From a virus (taxonomy: Duplodnaviria > Caudoviricetes): a stretch of DNA of 40,392 nt. Positions 6,467-15,429 of the stretch are shown in pieces. The translations under genes were made by a program, and so were the position numbers. The notes beneath the pieces are model-generated. The model was not told the origin of the DNA and made no database searches. It was given only the letters and a program-made list of their open reading frames with translations. How positions within the stretch are numbered: the first letter of the stretch is position 1; each line of letters starts with the position of its first letter. The stretch is from positions 1-40,392 of IMG/VR virus record IMGVR_UViG_3300030376_003333, one strand, 5' to 3'.

Positions 6467-8803
6467 ATGCCCACCCCTGCTCTTATCGCACGACAGATAA
6501 AGCTTGAGACTCAACAGGTAGAGGATGGCATTGCAAAGCTTCACGCCAACATCAATAAGGCTGATGCTAGACAGTACACCTCATCAACTGTTCACGCTCA
6601 AAAGCTAATCAAACAACAGATCCCTGTTGTAGCTAAGGAAATAGACCGCATTAGAAAGAATCGATTAATGCGTGGAACTGCTGGCCCTGCGCTAGCACCT
6701 TTGATCAAACACACAATGGGTATTGAATCCAATGTGTTAGCAATGATCACCCTAAAGATATTGTTTGACGTCACTACAGATCCCAGAGATCGTGCTGATC
6801 TTGCAAACAATGTCATTGATAAGGTTGGGATTGCTGTTGAACAAGAAGCTAAGTGGAGATTCTTTAATGAGAAAGACCCTGAACTTCTAAGAAAGATCAC
6901 GTATTGTCAGCACAAAGGAAAAGGACTTCATTACAAGGATTACAACACTACCAAACAATTCAAAGATGCTGGTAAAGGTTGGGATAATTGGCCCAGACTT
7001 CAACGAGTAAAGATAGGGGCTGCATTTTGTGAAGCTGCTTTCATTACTGGGTATTGGTCAAAGATAAATAAGAGAGAAGGTCCTAGAAGATCGGTACATA
7101 TTCAACCAACACCTGCTCTCATGGTGGTCATTGATGGGTTAATTAAACAGGCTGAGCTTTTTGCTCCTTTTAACTGGCCTATGTTATGTGAGCCTAATGA
7201 CTGGACTAACGAGGTACAAGGTGGTTACTACACAAACCAAATCCGAAAGGGTAACAAGCTTATAAGGACATTTGGTCAGGGATGTATACAGGGGGAAATC
7301 CCTCTGAAATTCCTTAACCACCTACAAAAGGTGGCTTACAAGATCAACCTTTTTATTCTTGATGTAGCTAATACATTAGAAGAAAAGGCAATTAAGATTG
7401 AATCAGGTAAATTTGTTCCTGAGGACACAAGACCTCTACCTAATAAGCCTGTTGACATTGACACTAATCCAGAGGCTAATAAGAACTGGAGAAAGGAAGC
7501 GGCTAAAATATATGACTACAACAGCACATCACTTAAGAGATGTATTAGGACTAAGCTTACCTTGAGCCTAGCTCGTAAGTTTAGTAAAGAAGAGAGGTAT
7601 TATTTACCTGCCTCATATGACTATAGAGGTAGAGTTTATTTTATTCCCTCCTTCTTAACACCTCACGATACGTGCTTTGGGAAGAGTCTTATTCAATTCG
7701 CTGATGGTCAACCGATTAATGAGCGTACTGAGTATTGGGTGAATTTCCAATTAGCTACTACATATGGATTATCTAAGGCAACGATGGAGGAGAGACAAGC
7801 TTGGGTAGAACCAAACTTATCACTCATCAAGGCATGTGCTGAAGATCCAATTGGTAATATAACTATATGGGAAGGGGCTGAAGAGCCGTTCTTATTCTTG
7901 GCAGCTTGTGAGGAGTACTATGCTCTATTCATAGCTAAGACAAGGAAACTAACAACACTAGCAATCGCCGTTGATGCAACCTGCTCAGGATTACAGGTTC
8001 TCGCTGGGATGAGTCACGACAGATCCACGGCTGAGCTTGTTAATGTATTACCAGGTGATAAACCTAGTGATGCTTACAAGGCAGTAGCTAATAAGGTTAA
8101 TGAGCATATCCCAAAAGAATGGGGTATTGAGATGACGAGATCTCGGGTCAAAAGAGTGGTCATGACAATACCTTATAATGCACGTACAAAAAGCAATCGA
8201 ACGTACATACGCGAGGCATTAGAAAAAGAAGGCGTTACCTTTGAGCCTGCTCAATTAACTGAAATTGTTAGGCTTACACGTCAAGCAATGGAAGAAATTG
8301 TGCCTGGTCCCATGCAAGTCATGAACTGGCTAAATAAAGAGATAGGTGGAGCTATTCGTAGAGGTCAACCTCATATTGAATGGACAACTCCCTCAGGTTT
8401 CAAAGTTAAGCAAGACTTACGCAAGATCAATACCGAAAGAGTACAAGCTCATTTAATGGGCAAGATTGAACTCATGATCGGTACATCAATGGGTGAACCT
8501 GATCGTAATCACCACAAGAATGCAGGAGCACCTAATTTAATCCACAGCGTTGATGCCTCAATACTTCATATAGGGCTTAAAGATTTCTCTGGTCCATTCA
8601 CTGTGATACATGACTCAGTGTTATGTCTTGCTAATCAAATGGATGAGATGAATAAATCAGTTAGAGCTGCTTATGCAAAATGCTTTACTGATCACTCACC
8701 ATTGCATGACCTAGCGGAAAGTATTAACGCTGAGACAGAACCACCAATGGTTTACACCTTTGATCCTGCAACAGTTACTGAATCTGACTATTTCTTTTGT
8801 TAA
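6467..8803 (+). CDS. Single-subunit DNA-dependent RNA polymerase (T7 gp1-like)
   Basis: DYRGRVY, motif A VDATCSGLQ, motif B RSRVKRVVMTIPY, PNLIHSVDA, motif C IHDS. Confidence 0.98.
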   Translation: MPTPALIARQIKLETQQVEDGIAKLHANINKADARQYTSSTVHAQKLIKQQIPVVAKEIDRIRKNRLMRGTAGPALAPLIKHTMGIESNVLAMITLKILFDVTTDPRDRADLANNVIDKVGIAVEQEAKWRFFNEKDPELLRKITYCQHKGKGLHYKDYNTTKQFKDAGKGWDNWPRLQRVKIGAAFCEAAFITGYWSKINKREGPRRSVHIQPTPALMVVIDGLIKQAELFAPFNWPMLCEPNDWTNEVQGGYYTNQIRKGNKLIRTFGQGCIQGEIPLKFLNHLQKVAYKINLFILDVANTLEEKAIKIESGKFVPEDTRPLPNKPVDIDTNPEANKNWRKEAAKIYDYNSTSLKRCIRTKLTLSLARKFSKEERYYLPASYDYRGRVYFIPSFLTPHDTCFGKSLIQFADGQPINERTEYWVNFQLATTYGLSKATMEERQAWVEPNLSLIKACAEDPIGNITIWEGAEEPFLFLAACEEYYALFIAKTRKLTTLAIAVDATCSGLQVLAGMSHDRSTAELVNVLPGDKPSDAYKAVANKVNEHIPKEWGIEMTRSRVKRVVMTIPYNARTKSNRTYIREALEKEGVTFEPAQLTEIVRLTRQAMEEIVPGPMQVMNWLNKEIGGAIRRGQPHIEWTTPSGFKVKQDLRKINTERVQAHLMGKIELMIGTSMGEPDRNHHKNAGAPNLIHSVDASILHIGLKDFSGPFTVIHDSVLCLANQMDEMNKSVRAAYAKCFTDHSPLHDLAESINAETEPPMVYTFDPATVTESDYFFC

Positions 8804-8827
8804 ATTATTGTTTCCACTCAACCAATT

Positions 8828-8977
8828 ATGAACTTTCCAAAAGCCACCACAGTAGAGCGAATAATGATGTATGTTGAAGACGGAGAGCTTGACAAAGCCA
8901 GAGCACTAGCTAAGTTATGTGACTTTTTAGAAGAATCTTTTAGATGGGAGGTAGTATGGGATCAAAGAAGGAAATAA
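8828..8977 (+). CDS. Small hypothetical protein (49 aa)
   Basis: MNFPKATTVERIMMYVEDGELDKARALAKLCDFLEESFRWEVVWDQRRK*; preceded by TTCCACTCAACCAATT. Confidence 0.65.
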   Translation: MNFPKATTVERIMMYVEDGELDKARALAKLCDFLEESFRWEVVWDQRRK

Positions 8978-9024
8978 TTATTTCTTTCTTCCACTCACGC
9001 AACTCACCTTTTCTAAATGGTTTT

Positions 9025-9033
9025 TGCTAAAAT
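9025..9033 (+). promoter_or_regulatory. Extended -10 host promoter for the regulator-integrase operon (putative)
   Basis: TG-C-TAAAAT, about 45 nt upstream of ATG 9078. Confidence 0.45.
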
Positions 9034-9077
9034 GGCTGTCAGAGATAAGACGTTCTCTACCAGAGAGGAAGTCCCTC

Positions 9078-9452
9078 ATGACAGAAAGACGAATCGCTCG
9101 CAGAACTAGTGATCCTATTCACAGGATTTATCTCGTACTCGAAGTTCTAAGATCAACTGGAGAATTAGAATTCCCTCTACAACTAGCAGTTACATTTTTA
9201 TGGATTGCTGCTCACGATGGTTGTAGACAAGAGGATCTAGGAGAAGCAACCTCAATGGGTGCCTCTTCTGTTTCACGAAATGTTACCTGGCTTGGCCCTC
9301 GACACCGATTAGGTAAAGATGGTCTAAAGCTTGTTAGGAGAGAAAAAGATCCTGACGATCCTAAGAGATGGCGATTATTTTTAACTCCTAAAGGGAAGCA
9401 ATTTTCCCGCTTAATCGAAAAACAGCTCTCTATTCCACTAACCGATGACTAA
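9078..9452 (+). CDS. MarR-like winged-helix transcription regulator (candidate repressor)
   Basis: QEDLGEATSMGASSVSRNVTWL helix-turn-helix and LVRREKDPDDPKRWRLFLTPKG wing. ATG at 9078 follows AGAGGA (track start 9024). Confidence 0.85.
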   Translation: MTERRIARRTSDPIHRIYLVLEVLRSTGELEFPLQLAVTFLWIAAHDGCRQEDLGEATSMGASSVSRNVTWLGPRHRLGKDGLKLVRREKDPDDPKRWRLFLTPKGKQFSRLIEKQLSIPLTDD

Positions 9453-10299
9453 TCGATTCAACACCTGGAGTCATGCACTTAACTGGTATTGGGACAAGAA
9501 AGCCAAGCGTCAAGCTCAGGCTAAAACATTCCATACTAATGCAGCTCGAATCACTTCTTATGGTGGAGCATCACTTCCACTAACGAGAATGAGTAAAGGG
9601 TCATGGTGGGTTGAGTTTCAAGAAGAACTCCAAGCCGAAAACCCTGAAATGTCTACCAGCACTGTAAATCGTATCACTTCTGCGGGTACTGTAGTGCTCA
9701 GGAAGACACGTGAAGCTGGCTTGCACTTAATTGACTGTCCAAAGGTAGAACGCCTGCCAGAAGGCAAGTCAAGGCTCATCTGGTTTACTAAAGATCAAGT
9801 TGATAACCTTGTTCACATAGCTAAGGATATCTTTGATCATAAAGACCTAGCTGATGCAATTCTTTTCTCTGCTTACACAGGATTAAGGCAGGGAGAACTA
9901 CTTAAGATAAAACCCTGTGATGTCAGTACAGATTTAACATCACTCACGATTGGCGGTCGGTCAAAGTTCGTTACCAAAACTAAGGATGTAAGGACAATCC
10001 CTATCCATGAAAAAATCAGACCTCTTATAGCTTCCCGCTTAGACAATGAATACCTATTTAAAGGTGATTGGGCTAACAAAGATCAACTCTACCGAGTGTT
10101 CAAAAAGGTGAGGAAAGAGGCAGGAATTTCAGAAGATCATGTTTGGCATTGCTTAAGACATTCTTTTGGAACTTGGCTAGGTGAAGTTACTCATCCAAGA
10201 CAGATTATGGCCTTAATGGGACATAGCTCAATTGACACTTCTCTCCGCTATACTCACGCTACAGACAAGGCAATCAGATCTGCTATTTTAGCCATCTGA
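9445..10299 (+). CDS. int: Tyrosine integrase
   Basis: Catalytic set present: TGLRQGE (R), TKTK (K), HCLRH (HxxR), LMGHSS (H), RYTH (Y). Adjacent to a tRNA-derived attP. Confidence 0.95.
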   Translation: MTNRFNTWSHALNWYWDKKAKRQAQAKTFHTNAARITSYGGASLPLTRMSKGSWWVEFQEELQAENPEMSTSTVNRITSAGTVVLRKTREAGLHLIDCPKVERLPEGKSRLIWFTKDQVDNLVHIAKDIFDHKDLADAILFSAYTGLRQGELLKIKPCDVSTDLTSLTIGGRSKFVTKTKDVRTIPIHEKIRPLIASRLDNEYLFKGDWANKDQLYRVFKKVRKEAGISEDHVWHCLRHSFGTWLGEVTHPRQIMALMGHSSIDTSLRYTHATDKAIRSAILAI

Positions 10300-10378
10300 T
10301 CCCGTCTGAAGCCTCAGCCCTAACAAGTCCAACCTGCAAAAAAATGCAAACTTTACACTTGTTAACGCTGAAAACCCA

Positions 10379-10418
10379 GGGAGTGTGGCGGAATTTGGTA
10401 GACGCACCAGACTTAAAA
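10379..10418 (+). mobile_element. attP: copy of the 5' half of host tRNA-Leu(UAA)
   Basis: GGGAGTGTGGCGGAATTTGGTAGACGCACCAGACTTAAAA gives the acceptor 5' strand, D-arm, anticodon stem 5' strand and loop CT-TAA-AA; similarity then stops. It lies about 80 bp after int. P-SSP7 is known to carry a tRNA-Leu match after its integrase. Confidence 0.88.
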
Positions 10419-10452
10419 ACGAACCTAATATGAATCACCACTAACGAAACTG

Positions 10453-10475
10453 AGGGGCCTACGGGTCCCTTTTTT
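10453..10475 (+). terminator. Intrinsic terminator just right of attP
   Basis: aggggcc-tacg-ggtccct followed by a T run. Confidence 0.8.
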
Positions 10476-10523
10476 ATTGCTAATACTAGTCTTTCTTATC
10501 ACTTCCACTCAACCAAAAACTAA

Positions 10524-10688
10524 ATGAGAAATCTGATGTGCATTGAATACAGCGAAATCGAGAAGATGGATGCTGAGGATTATTCGAATTTCATGGCTTT
10601 TGGAGACAACCTTACTCCTGAATTAAACGAAGAAGAAGAGGCGGCATGGGTCCGATGGGCACGTGCTCAACGCATGTTCGATCTTTGA
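10524..10688 (+). CDS. Small acidic hypothetical protein (54 aa)
   Basis: MRNLMCIEYSEIEKMDAEDYSNFMAFGD...RMFDL*; preceded by TTCCACTCAACCAA. Confidence 0.65.
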   Translation: MRNLMCIEYSEIEKMDAEDYSNFMAFGDNLTPELNEEEEAAWVRWARAQRMFDL

Positions 10689-10734
10689 TCATTTAACAGA
10701 CAACACTTACATTTTCATTTCCACTTAACCAATT

Positions 10735-11301
10735 ATGGCCAACAGATACGTTGTTGATACAACACTTACAGGCTTCATTAACTGCTTTGAACCATCAGGG
10801 AAGTACAACAACATGTGCTTCTCTTTTAATCTACCTGAATCGATAATAGAAGAAGCTGATAAAGACAGAGTAGAGCTACTTAAATGGGTCGCTTCTAAGG
10901 TGGAGAACCCAAAGAGAATGGCAACTAACCCTCCAAAATGGGATGATACAGGACTCGTTAAATACTCTTTTGGTGGAGATACAGGGCGCCCTGCACCGGT
11001 CTTTGTTGATACGACAGGAACACCTCTTGAGAAATCAACACTTAAAGATGTCAGACAAGGAACCAAAGTTAGGCTCATAGTTCAACAAAAGCCTTATACA
11101 AAACCAGCAATGGGCACCACCCTTAAAGTTTTAGGTGTTCAAGTTGTAGAACTAGCTACAGGTAATGGATCTATAGATTCAGGTAATATGTCTGCTGAAG
11201 ATGTAGCGGCAATGTTTGGAACTGTTGAAGGTTTCAAGCAAGGTGAGCCAGCAGTAAGACAATCCGATGCTGCTATTGATGGAGCTAATTACGACTTTTG
11301 A
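10735..11301 (+). CDS. Single-stranded DNA-binding protein (T7 gp2.5-like)
   Basis: Synteny before endonuclease I; GTTLKVLGVQVVEL strand and acidic/aromatic C-terminus (YDF). Confidence 0.85.
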   Translation: MANRYVVDTTLTGFINCFEPSGKYNNMCFSFNLPESIIEEADKDRVELLKWVASKVENPKRMATNPPKWDDTGLVKYSFGGDTGRPAPVFVDTTGTPLEKSTLKDVRQGTKVRLIVQQKPYTKPAMGTTLKVLGVQVVELATGNGSIDSGNMSAEDVAAMFGTVEGFKQGEPAVRQSDAAIDGANYDF

Positions 11302-11648
11302 AATATCGCTCTGGACTTGAGGAGCGTATTGCTAAAACATTTGATAAAGATAACGTCACTTACTTATATGAAGCAAAGAACTATAAGTACACGCTGGAAT
11401 CTAAGTATACGCCCGATTTCTTTTTAACTAACGGAATAATAATTGAAGCTAAAGGATTCTTTAAGCCCTCAGACAGGCGCAAGTCAATTGCGGTGTCTCA
11501 GCAAAATCCTGACTTAGATATTCGATTCATATTTCAACGCAATAACACCTTAAGCAAAAACTCAAAAAGTACTTATGGGGACTGGTGTGACAAACACGGG
11601 TTCCTCTGGTGCATATACCCACACATTCCCCCTGATTGGCTTAAATGA
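11298..11648 (+). CDS. Endonuclease I / Holliday junction resolvase (T7 gp3-like)
   Basis: YRSGLE, YTPDF, IEAKG, DRRK and DIRFIF motifs. Confidence 0.95.
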   Translation: MKYRSGLEERIAKTFDKDNVTYLYEAKNYKYTLESKYTPDFFLTNGIIIEAKGFFKPSDRRKSIAVSQQNPDLDIRFIFQRNNTLSKNSKSTYGDWCDKHGFLWCIYPHIPPDWLK

Positions 11649-11776
11649 AAACACATGTTTTAGACCGTATTGATAACCTAGTAGTGGACATGGAAGAAGA
11701 GGGTATACCCCTTGTTGAGATCATGGAACAGCTTCGAGAGTATGTAGAAGTTGTAGAGGAGATGTATGGAAAATGA
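11645..11776 (+). CDS. Small acidic hypothetical protein (43 aa)
   Basis: MKTHVLDRIDNLVVDMEEEGIPLVEIMEQLREYVEVVEEMYGK*; overlaps both neighbours and fills the gap. Confidence 0.65.
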   Translation: MKTHVLDRIDNLVVDMEEEGIPLVEIMEQLREYVEVVEEMYGK

Positions 11777-13367
11777 TTCAGAGTTTGTCCGTCATCAGCC
11801 TTGCCCAGAATGTACTAGCAGTGATGGATTTGCTGTTTATTCAGATGGAGGAGGACATTGTTTCTCCTGCCAGCATCATGTAAATGGGGACACTGAAAGC
11901 TCAACAACCACAATCACTCATAAAAGCTTCAGATATGAAGGAGACTTTGCAGTTATAAGAAGTAGAAATCTTAGAGAAGATACTTGTAAGAAGTTCAATG
12001 TAAGAGTCGATGACGGTCCAGTTATTAGATTTCCTTACTACAGCTCAGCTGGAAAGGTTGTTGGATATAAGGAGAGAGATCAAGATAAGAACTTCCATAT
12101 GGTTGGGAAAAATGAGGACAAACAACTCTTTGGACAACAACTATTTGGGGGAGGTAAGACCTTAGTTGTAGTAGAAGGTGAGATGGATGCATTAGCCGTA
12201 TGGCAAGCAAGACCAAATTGGCCTGTAGTTTCTATACCCAATGGGGCAGCAGCAGCAAAGAAAGCTTTGACTGCTCAACTTAAATACCTTATGGGGTTTG
12301 ATGAAGTCGTTCTATTCTTTGATAATGATGAAGCAGGTACGGGAGCAGCTGAGGAATGTATATCAATATTTCCTTCTGATAAGGTATATCTTGCTGCAAC
12401 TACTCAATATAAAGACGCTTGTGAAGCTGTACAAGCTAATGACGCAGAAGCAATAAGACAAGCTATCTGGAATAAAAAGAAGTTTAGTCCAAAGACAATT
12501 ATAGATGGCACAACATTATTCGATCTAGTTTCTAAGCCTCTTCATGGTAAAGATGCCGAGTATCCTTATCACTCATTAAACGAGGTCACTGGGGGTTTAA
12601 GATTTTCAGAACTAGTTGTAGTAACAGCGGGTAGCGGTACGGGTAAATCCACCTTATGTGGTGAGATCTGCCAAAGTTTAGTCGATCAATCTTTTAACGT
12701 CGGTTATATCGCATTAGAGGAGTCAATCCAGAGAACAGCCTTGAGGATGATGACCGTTAAAGCTAATAAACCACTTCACTTATCAAATGAGATACCAAAG
12801 GAAGAATTAAAGAAATCTTTCGAGGCTTCGGTGGGATCTGGTCGCGTGTTTTTACGTGATGGATTCGGTAGCTGTGATCCTGATGTTGTTTTAAATGACA
12901 TTAGATTCATGGTTAAAAACCACGGGGTCCAATGGATAATATTAGATCACCTTTCTATATTATTGTCCGGTAACTCAGATTCAGATGAACGAAAAACTAT
13001 AGACGTAACTATGACCAAGCTTAGGTCATTTGTAGAAGAAACTAAAATAGGAATGATTCTCATTTCTCACCTTAGAAGAACTAGAGATGATAAAGGTCAT
13101 GAAGAAGGTGCCCGCATAAGTTTGGGGCAGCTTCGAGGATCACATTCCATAGCGCAGTTATGTGATATTTGTGTTGGCCTTTCTAGAAATATTAGTGCGG
13201 GTGAGGACTCAGCCGAGCTAGTAACGTTAAAGAATAGATTCAATGGGTCTACTGGCCCTAGTGGATTCCTTAGTTATAGCAAGGAGACTGGACGTTTGTT
13301 AGAGATACCTGCACCAGTTAAAGATAACCCTAATTCCCAAACACCTACAGATTACGGAGACTTTTAG
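11766..13367 (+). CDS. Primase/helicase (T7 gp4-like)
   Basis: Zn finger CPEC...CFSC, TOPRIM VEGEMD and FDNDEAG, Walker A AGSGTGKS, ILDHL, LRGSHSIAQ, KNRFNG. Confidence 0.97.
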   Translation: MENDSEFVRHQPCPECTSSDGFAVYSDGGGHCFSCQHHVNGDTESSTTTITHKSFRYEGDFAVIRSRNLREDTCKKFNVRVDDGPVIRFPYYSSAGKVVGYKERDQDKNFHMVGKNEDKQLFGQQLFGGGKTLVVVEGEMDALAVWQARPNWPVVSIPNGAAAAKKALTAQLKYLMGFDEVVLFFDNDEAGTGAAEECISIFPSDKVYLAATTQYKDACEAVQANDAEAIRQAIWNKKKFSPKTIIDGTTLFDLVSKPLHGKDAEYPYHSLNEVTGGLRFSELVVVTAGSGTGKSTLCGEICQSLVDQSFNVGYIALEESIQRTALRMMTVKANKPLHLSNEIPKEELKKSFEASVGSGRVFLRDGFGSCDPDVVLNDIRFMVKNHGVQWIILDHLSILLSGNSDSDERKTIDVTMTKLRSFVEETKIGMILISHLRRTRDDKGHEEGARISLGQLRGSHSIAQLCDICVGLSRNISAGEDSAELVTLKNRFNGSTGPSGFLSYSKETGRLLEIPAPVKDNPNSQTPTDYGDF

Positions 13368-13676
13368 ATGCACCCACACAAGCTGATCCTCTTTAAAAAG
13401 GAAGGCTGTCAACCCTGCGAAAATGCTTTAAGACACTTGAAGATGACACTAGATGAGCATCCAGAACTAGAGCACTACATCTCAGTCCTACAAAAGGAAA
13501 ACCATCCATCATTAGTAGAAGCATACAAGTTGAAATTGTATCCAACATTGATATGTCTAGATAGTGATGGTGATGAGATAAGCAGGAAAGTAGGTCAGAA
13601 ATATATCGATCACTACTTCTTTACTAGAGCACTTAAACGCATTCACCAACACCGCAACTATGAGACTAGCTTTTGA
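13368..13676 (+). CDS. Thioredoxin/glutaredoxin-like protein
   Basis: CQPC active site, cis-Pro motif YPTL, DGDEISRKVG. Confidence 0.85.
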   Translation: MHPHKLILFKKEGCQPCENALRHLKMTLDEHPELEHYISVLQKENHPSLVEAYKLKLYPTLICLDSDGDEISRKVGQKYIDHYFFTRALKRIHQHRNYETSF

Positions 13677-15429
13677 CTTGGAGACAGATGGACTCTCAAG
13701 AGACCTCACTGTTGTCCATTGTTTAGTTACTCAAGATATAGATACAGGTGAAGTTACACGCTATGACGATACTGGATCTCATGAGTCGATAACTACTGGG
13801 GTTCAAATCTTGATGGTTGCTGATGAGATCTGGGGGCACAATATCATTGGGTATGACATAGAAGTACTGCTTCAACTATTCCCATTCTTTAAATCATATA
13901 AAGCTAAACCTTTTGACACTCTTATTTTAAGCCGTCTGTTCTTTACAGATATGTTGAATAGGGACTTTAGAAGTAAACCTGCCAACATGCCAGGCAACCT
14001 ATATGGGCGCCACAGTTTGGAAAGTTGGGGCCATAGATTAGGTGTTCATAAGTCTGAGTTTGGTAAGCAACTTAAAGGGGATTGGTCAACATACTCACCA
14101 GAGATGCTTGAGTATTGTGTACAGGATGTAGCCGTTTCAGTAAAGCTAGTCAAAATGTTTGAGCCTAAACTCGAACAATATAAGGACTGTATTAATACTG
14201 AGCATGAGATCGCTAAGATCATGTCTTGGCAAGAAAGAGAAGGCTGGCCCTTTGATATAGATAAAGCTCACAAACTAGAAGGAAAACTTAGAACTGAACT
14301 TGAACAGCTATCAGACGATATGCGGTCAACATTTAACTTTGTTGATGGAGGTCTATTCACGCCAAAGCGAGCCAATAAGACTAAGGGGTATTACGCAGGC
14401 GCAGAATTCTCAAGACTCAAAGAGTTTAATCCTACAAGTAGGCATCACATCGCCTGGGCTTTCCAGACATTTAGAGGCTGGGAGCCTACAGAGTTTACTA
14501 ATTCAGGTACACCAAAGATTGATGAATCAGTCTTAGTAGATATGAATACGGAGGAATCTAACAAGTTTGCTCGAATACTAGAACTACAGAAACATTTAGG
14601 TCAATTATCAGAGGGACAAAATGCGTGGCTTAAAAAGGTTGAACAAGATGGAAGGATCCATCACTCATGCATCCTCAACACCAACACTGGCCGAATGGCC
14701 CACCTCAGACCCAACCTGGCTCAGGTACCGAGTAAAGCCGAGTACCGTGAGCTTTTCAACCCAGGCCCTGGTCGCGTTCAAGTTGCTGCTGACGCTAGCG
14801 GTTTGGAGCTCCGTTGTCTTGCCCATTTCATGTCTAGGTTTGATGGTGGCTCTTTTACAAAAGAGGTATTAGATGGAGATATCCATACTCACTTGGCTAA
14901 CATCTATGGTGTATCAAGGGGGGCTGGTAAATCCGTCACCTATGCCCTGGTTTATGGGGCTGGCGATACTAAGCTTGGTCTTACTGCAGGTGCTTCTAAA
15001 AGTACGGCGGTCAAGAAAGGTAAAGAGATTAGAAAAAAGATTCTTGATGGCCTTAAGGGGTTCAAGGAACTAAATGCTGCTGTTCAAGAGAGAGCAGAAA
15101 GCGACGTATTAAAAGGATTAGACGGCAGACCTATTCGTTTGCAAGGAAAGAGACACGCATCATTGAACTACCTGCTTCAGAGTGCTGGTGCGATTATTTG
15201 CAAGCTTTGGGTACTACGTGCTCATGAGCTCTTCAAGGAAGCTGAGATTAACTACTGGCCCTTAGGCTTTATACACGATGAGCAGCAGTTCTCAGTACAC
15301 CCTGATGATGTAGAGAAAGCAAAAACATTATTAATCCTAGCTATGAGAGACGTAGATCATCAACTCAACTTTAAATGTAGACTCGACAGTGAAGCTGTCT
15401 CAGGAGCCAACTGGTCAGAAACTCACTAA
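13660..15429 (+). CDS. Family A DNA polymerase (T7 gp5-like)
   Basis: Exonuclease motifs FDLETDG, GHNIIGYD, YCVQD; polymerase motifs DASGLELR, KSVTYALVYG, IHDE. Confidence 0.97.
   Translation: MRLAFDLETDGLSRDLTVVHCLVTQDIDTGEVTRYDDTGSHESITTGVQILMVADEIWGHNIIGYDIEVLLQLFPFFKSYKAKPFDTLILSRLFFTDMLNRDFRSKPANMPGNLYGRHSLESWGHRLGVHKSEFGKQLKGDWSTYSPEMLEYCVQDVAVSVKLVKMFEPKLEQYKDCINTEHEIAKIMSWQEREGWPFDIDKAHKLEGKLRTELEQLSDDMRSTFNFVDGGLFTPKRANKTKGYYAGAEFSRLKEFNPTSRHHIAWAFQTFRGWEPTEFTNSGTPKIDESVLVDMNTEESNKFARILELQKHLGQLSEGQNAWLKKVEQDGRIHHSCILNTNTGRMAHLRPNLAQVPSKAEYRELFNPGPGRVQVAADASGLELRCLAHFMSRFDGGSFTKEVLDGDIHTHLANIYGVSRGAGKSVTYALVYGAGDTKLGLTAGASKSTAVKKGKEIRKKILDGLKGFKELNAAVQERAESDVLKGLDGRPIRLQGKRHASLNYLLQSAGAIICKLWVLRAHELFKEAEINYWPLGFIHDEQQFSVHPDDVEKAKTLLILAMRDVDHQLNFKCRLDSEAVSGANWSETH

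Noticed and set aside
10379-10418. Complete tRNA-Leu gene
   Set aside because: Similarity stops at the anticodon loop, with no T-arm or 3' acceptor strand; it is better explained as attP.
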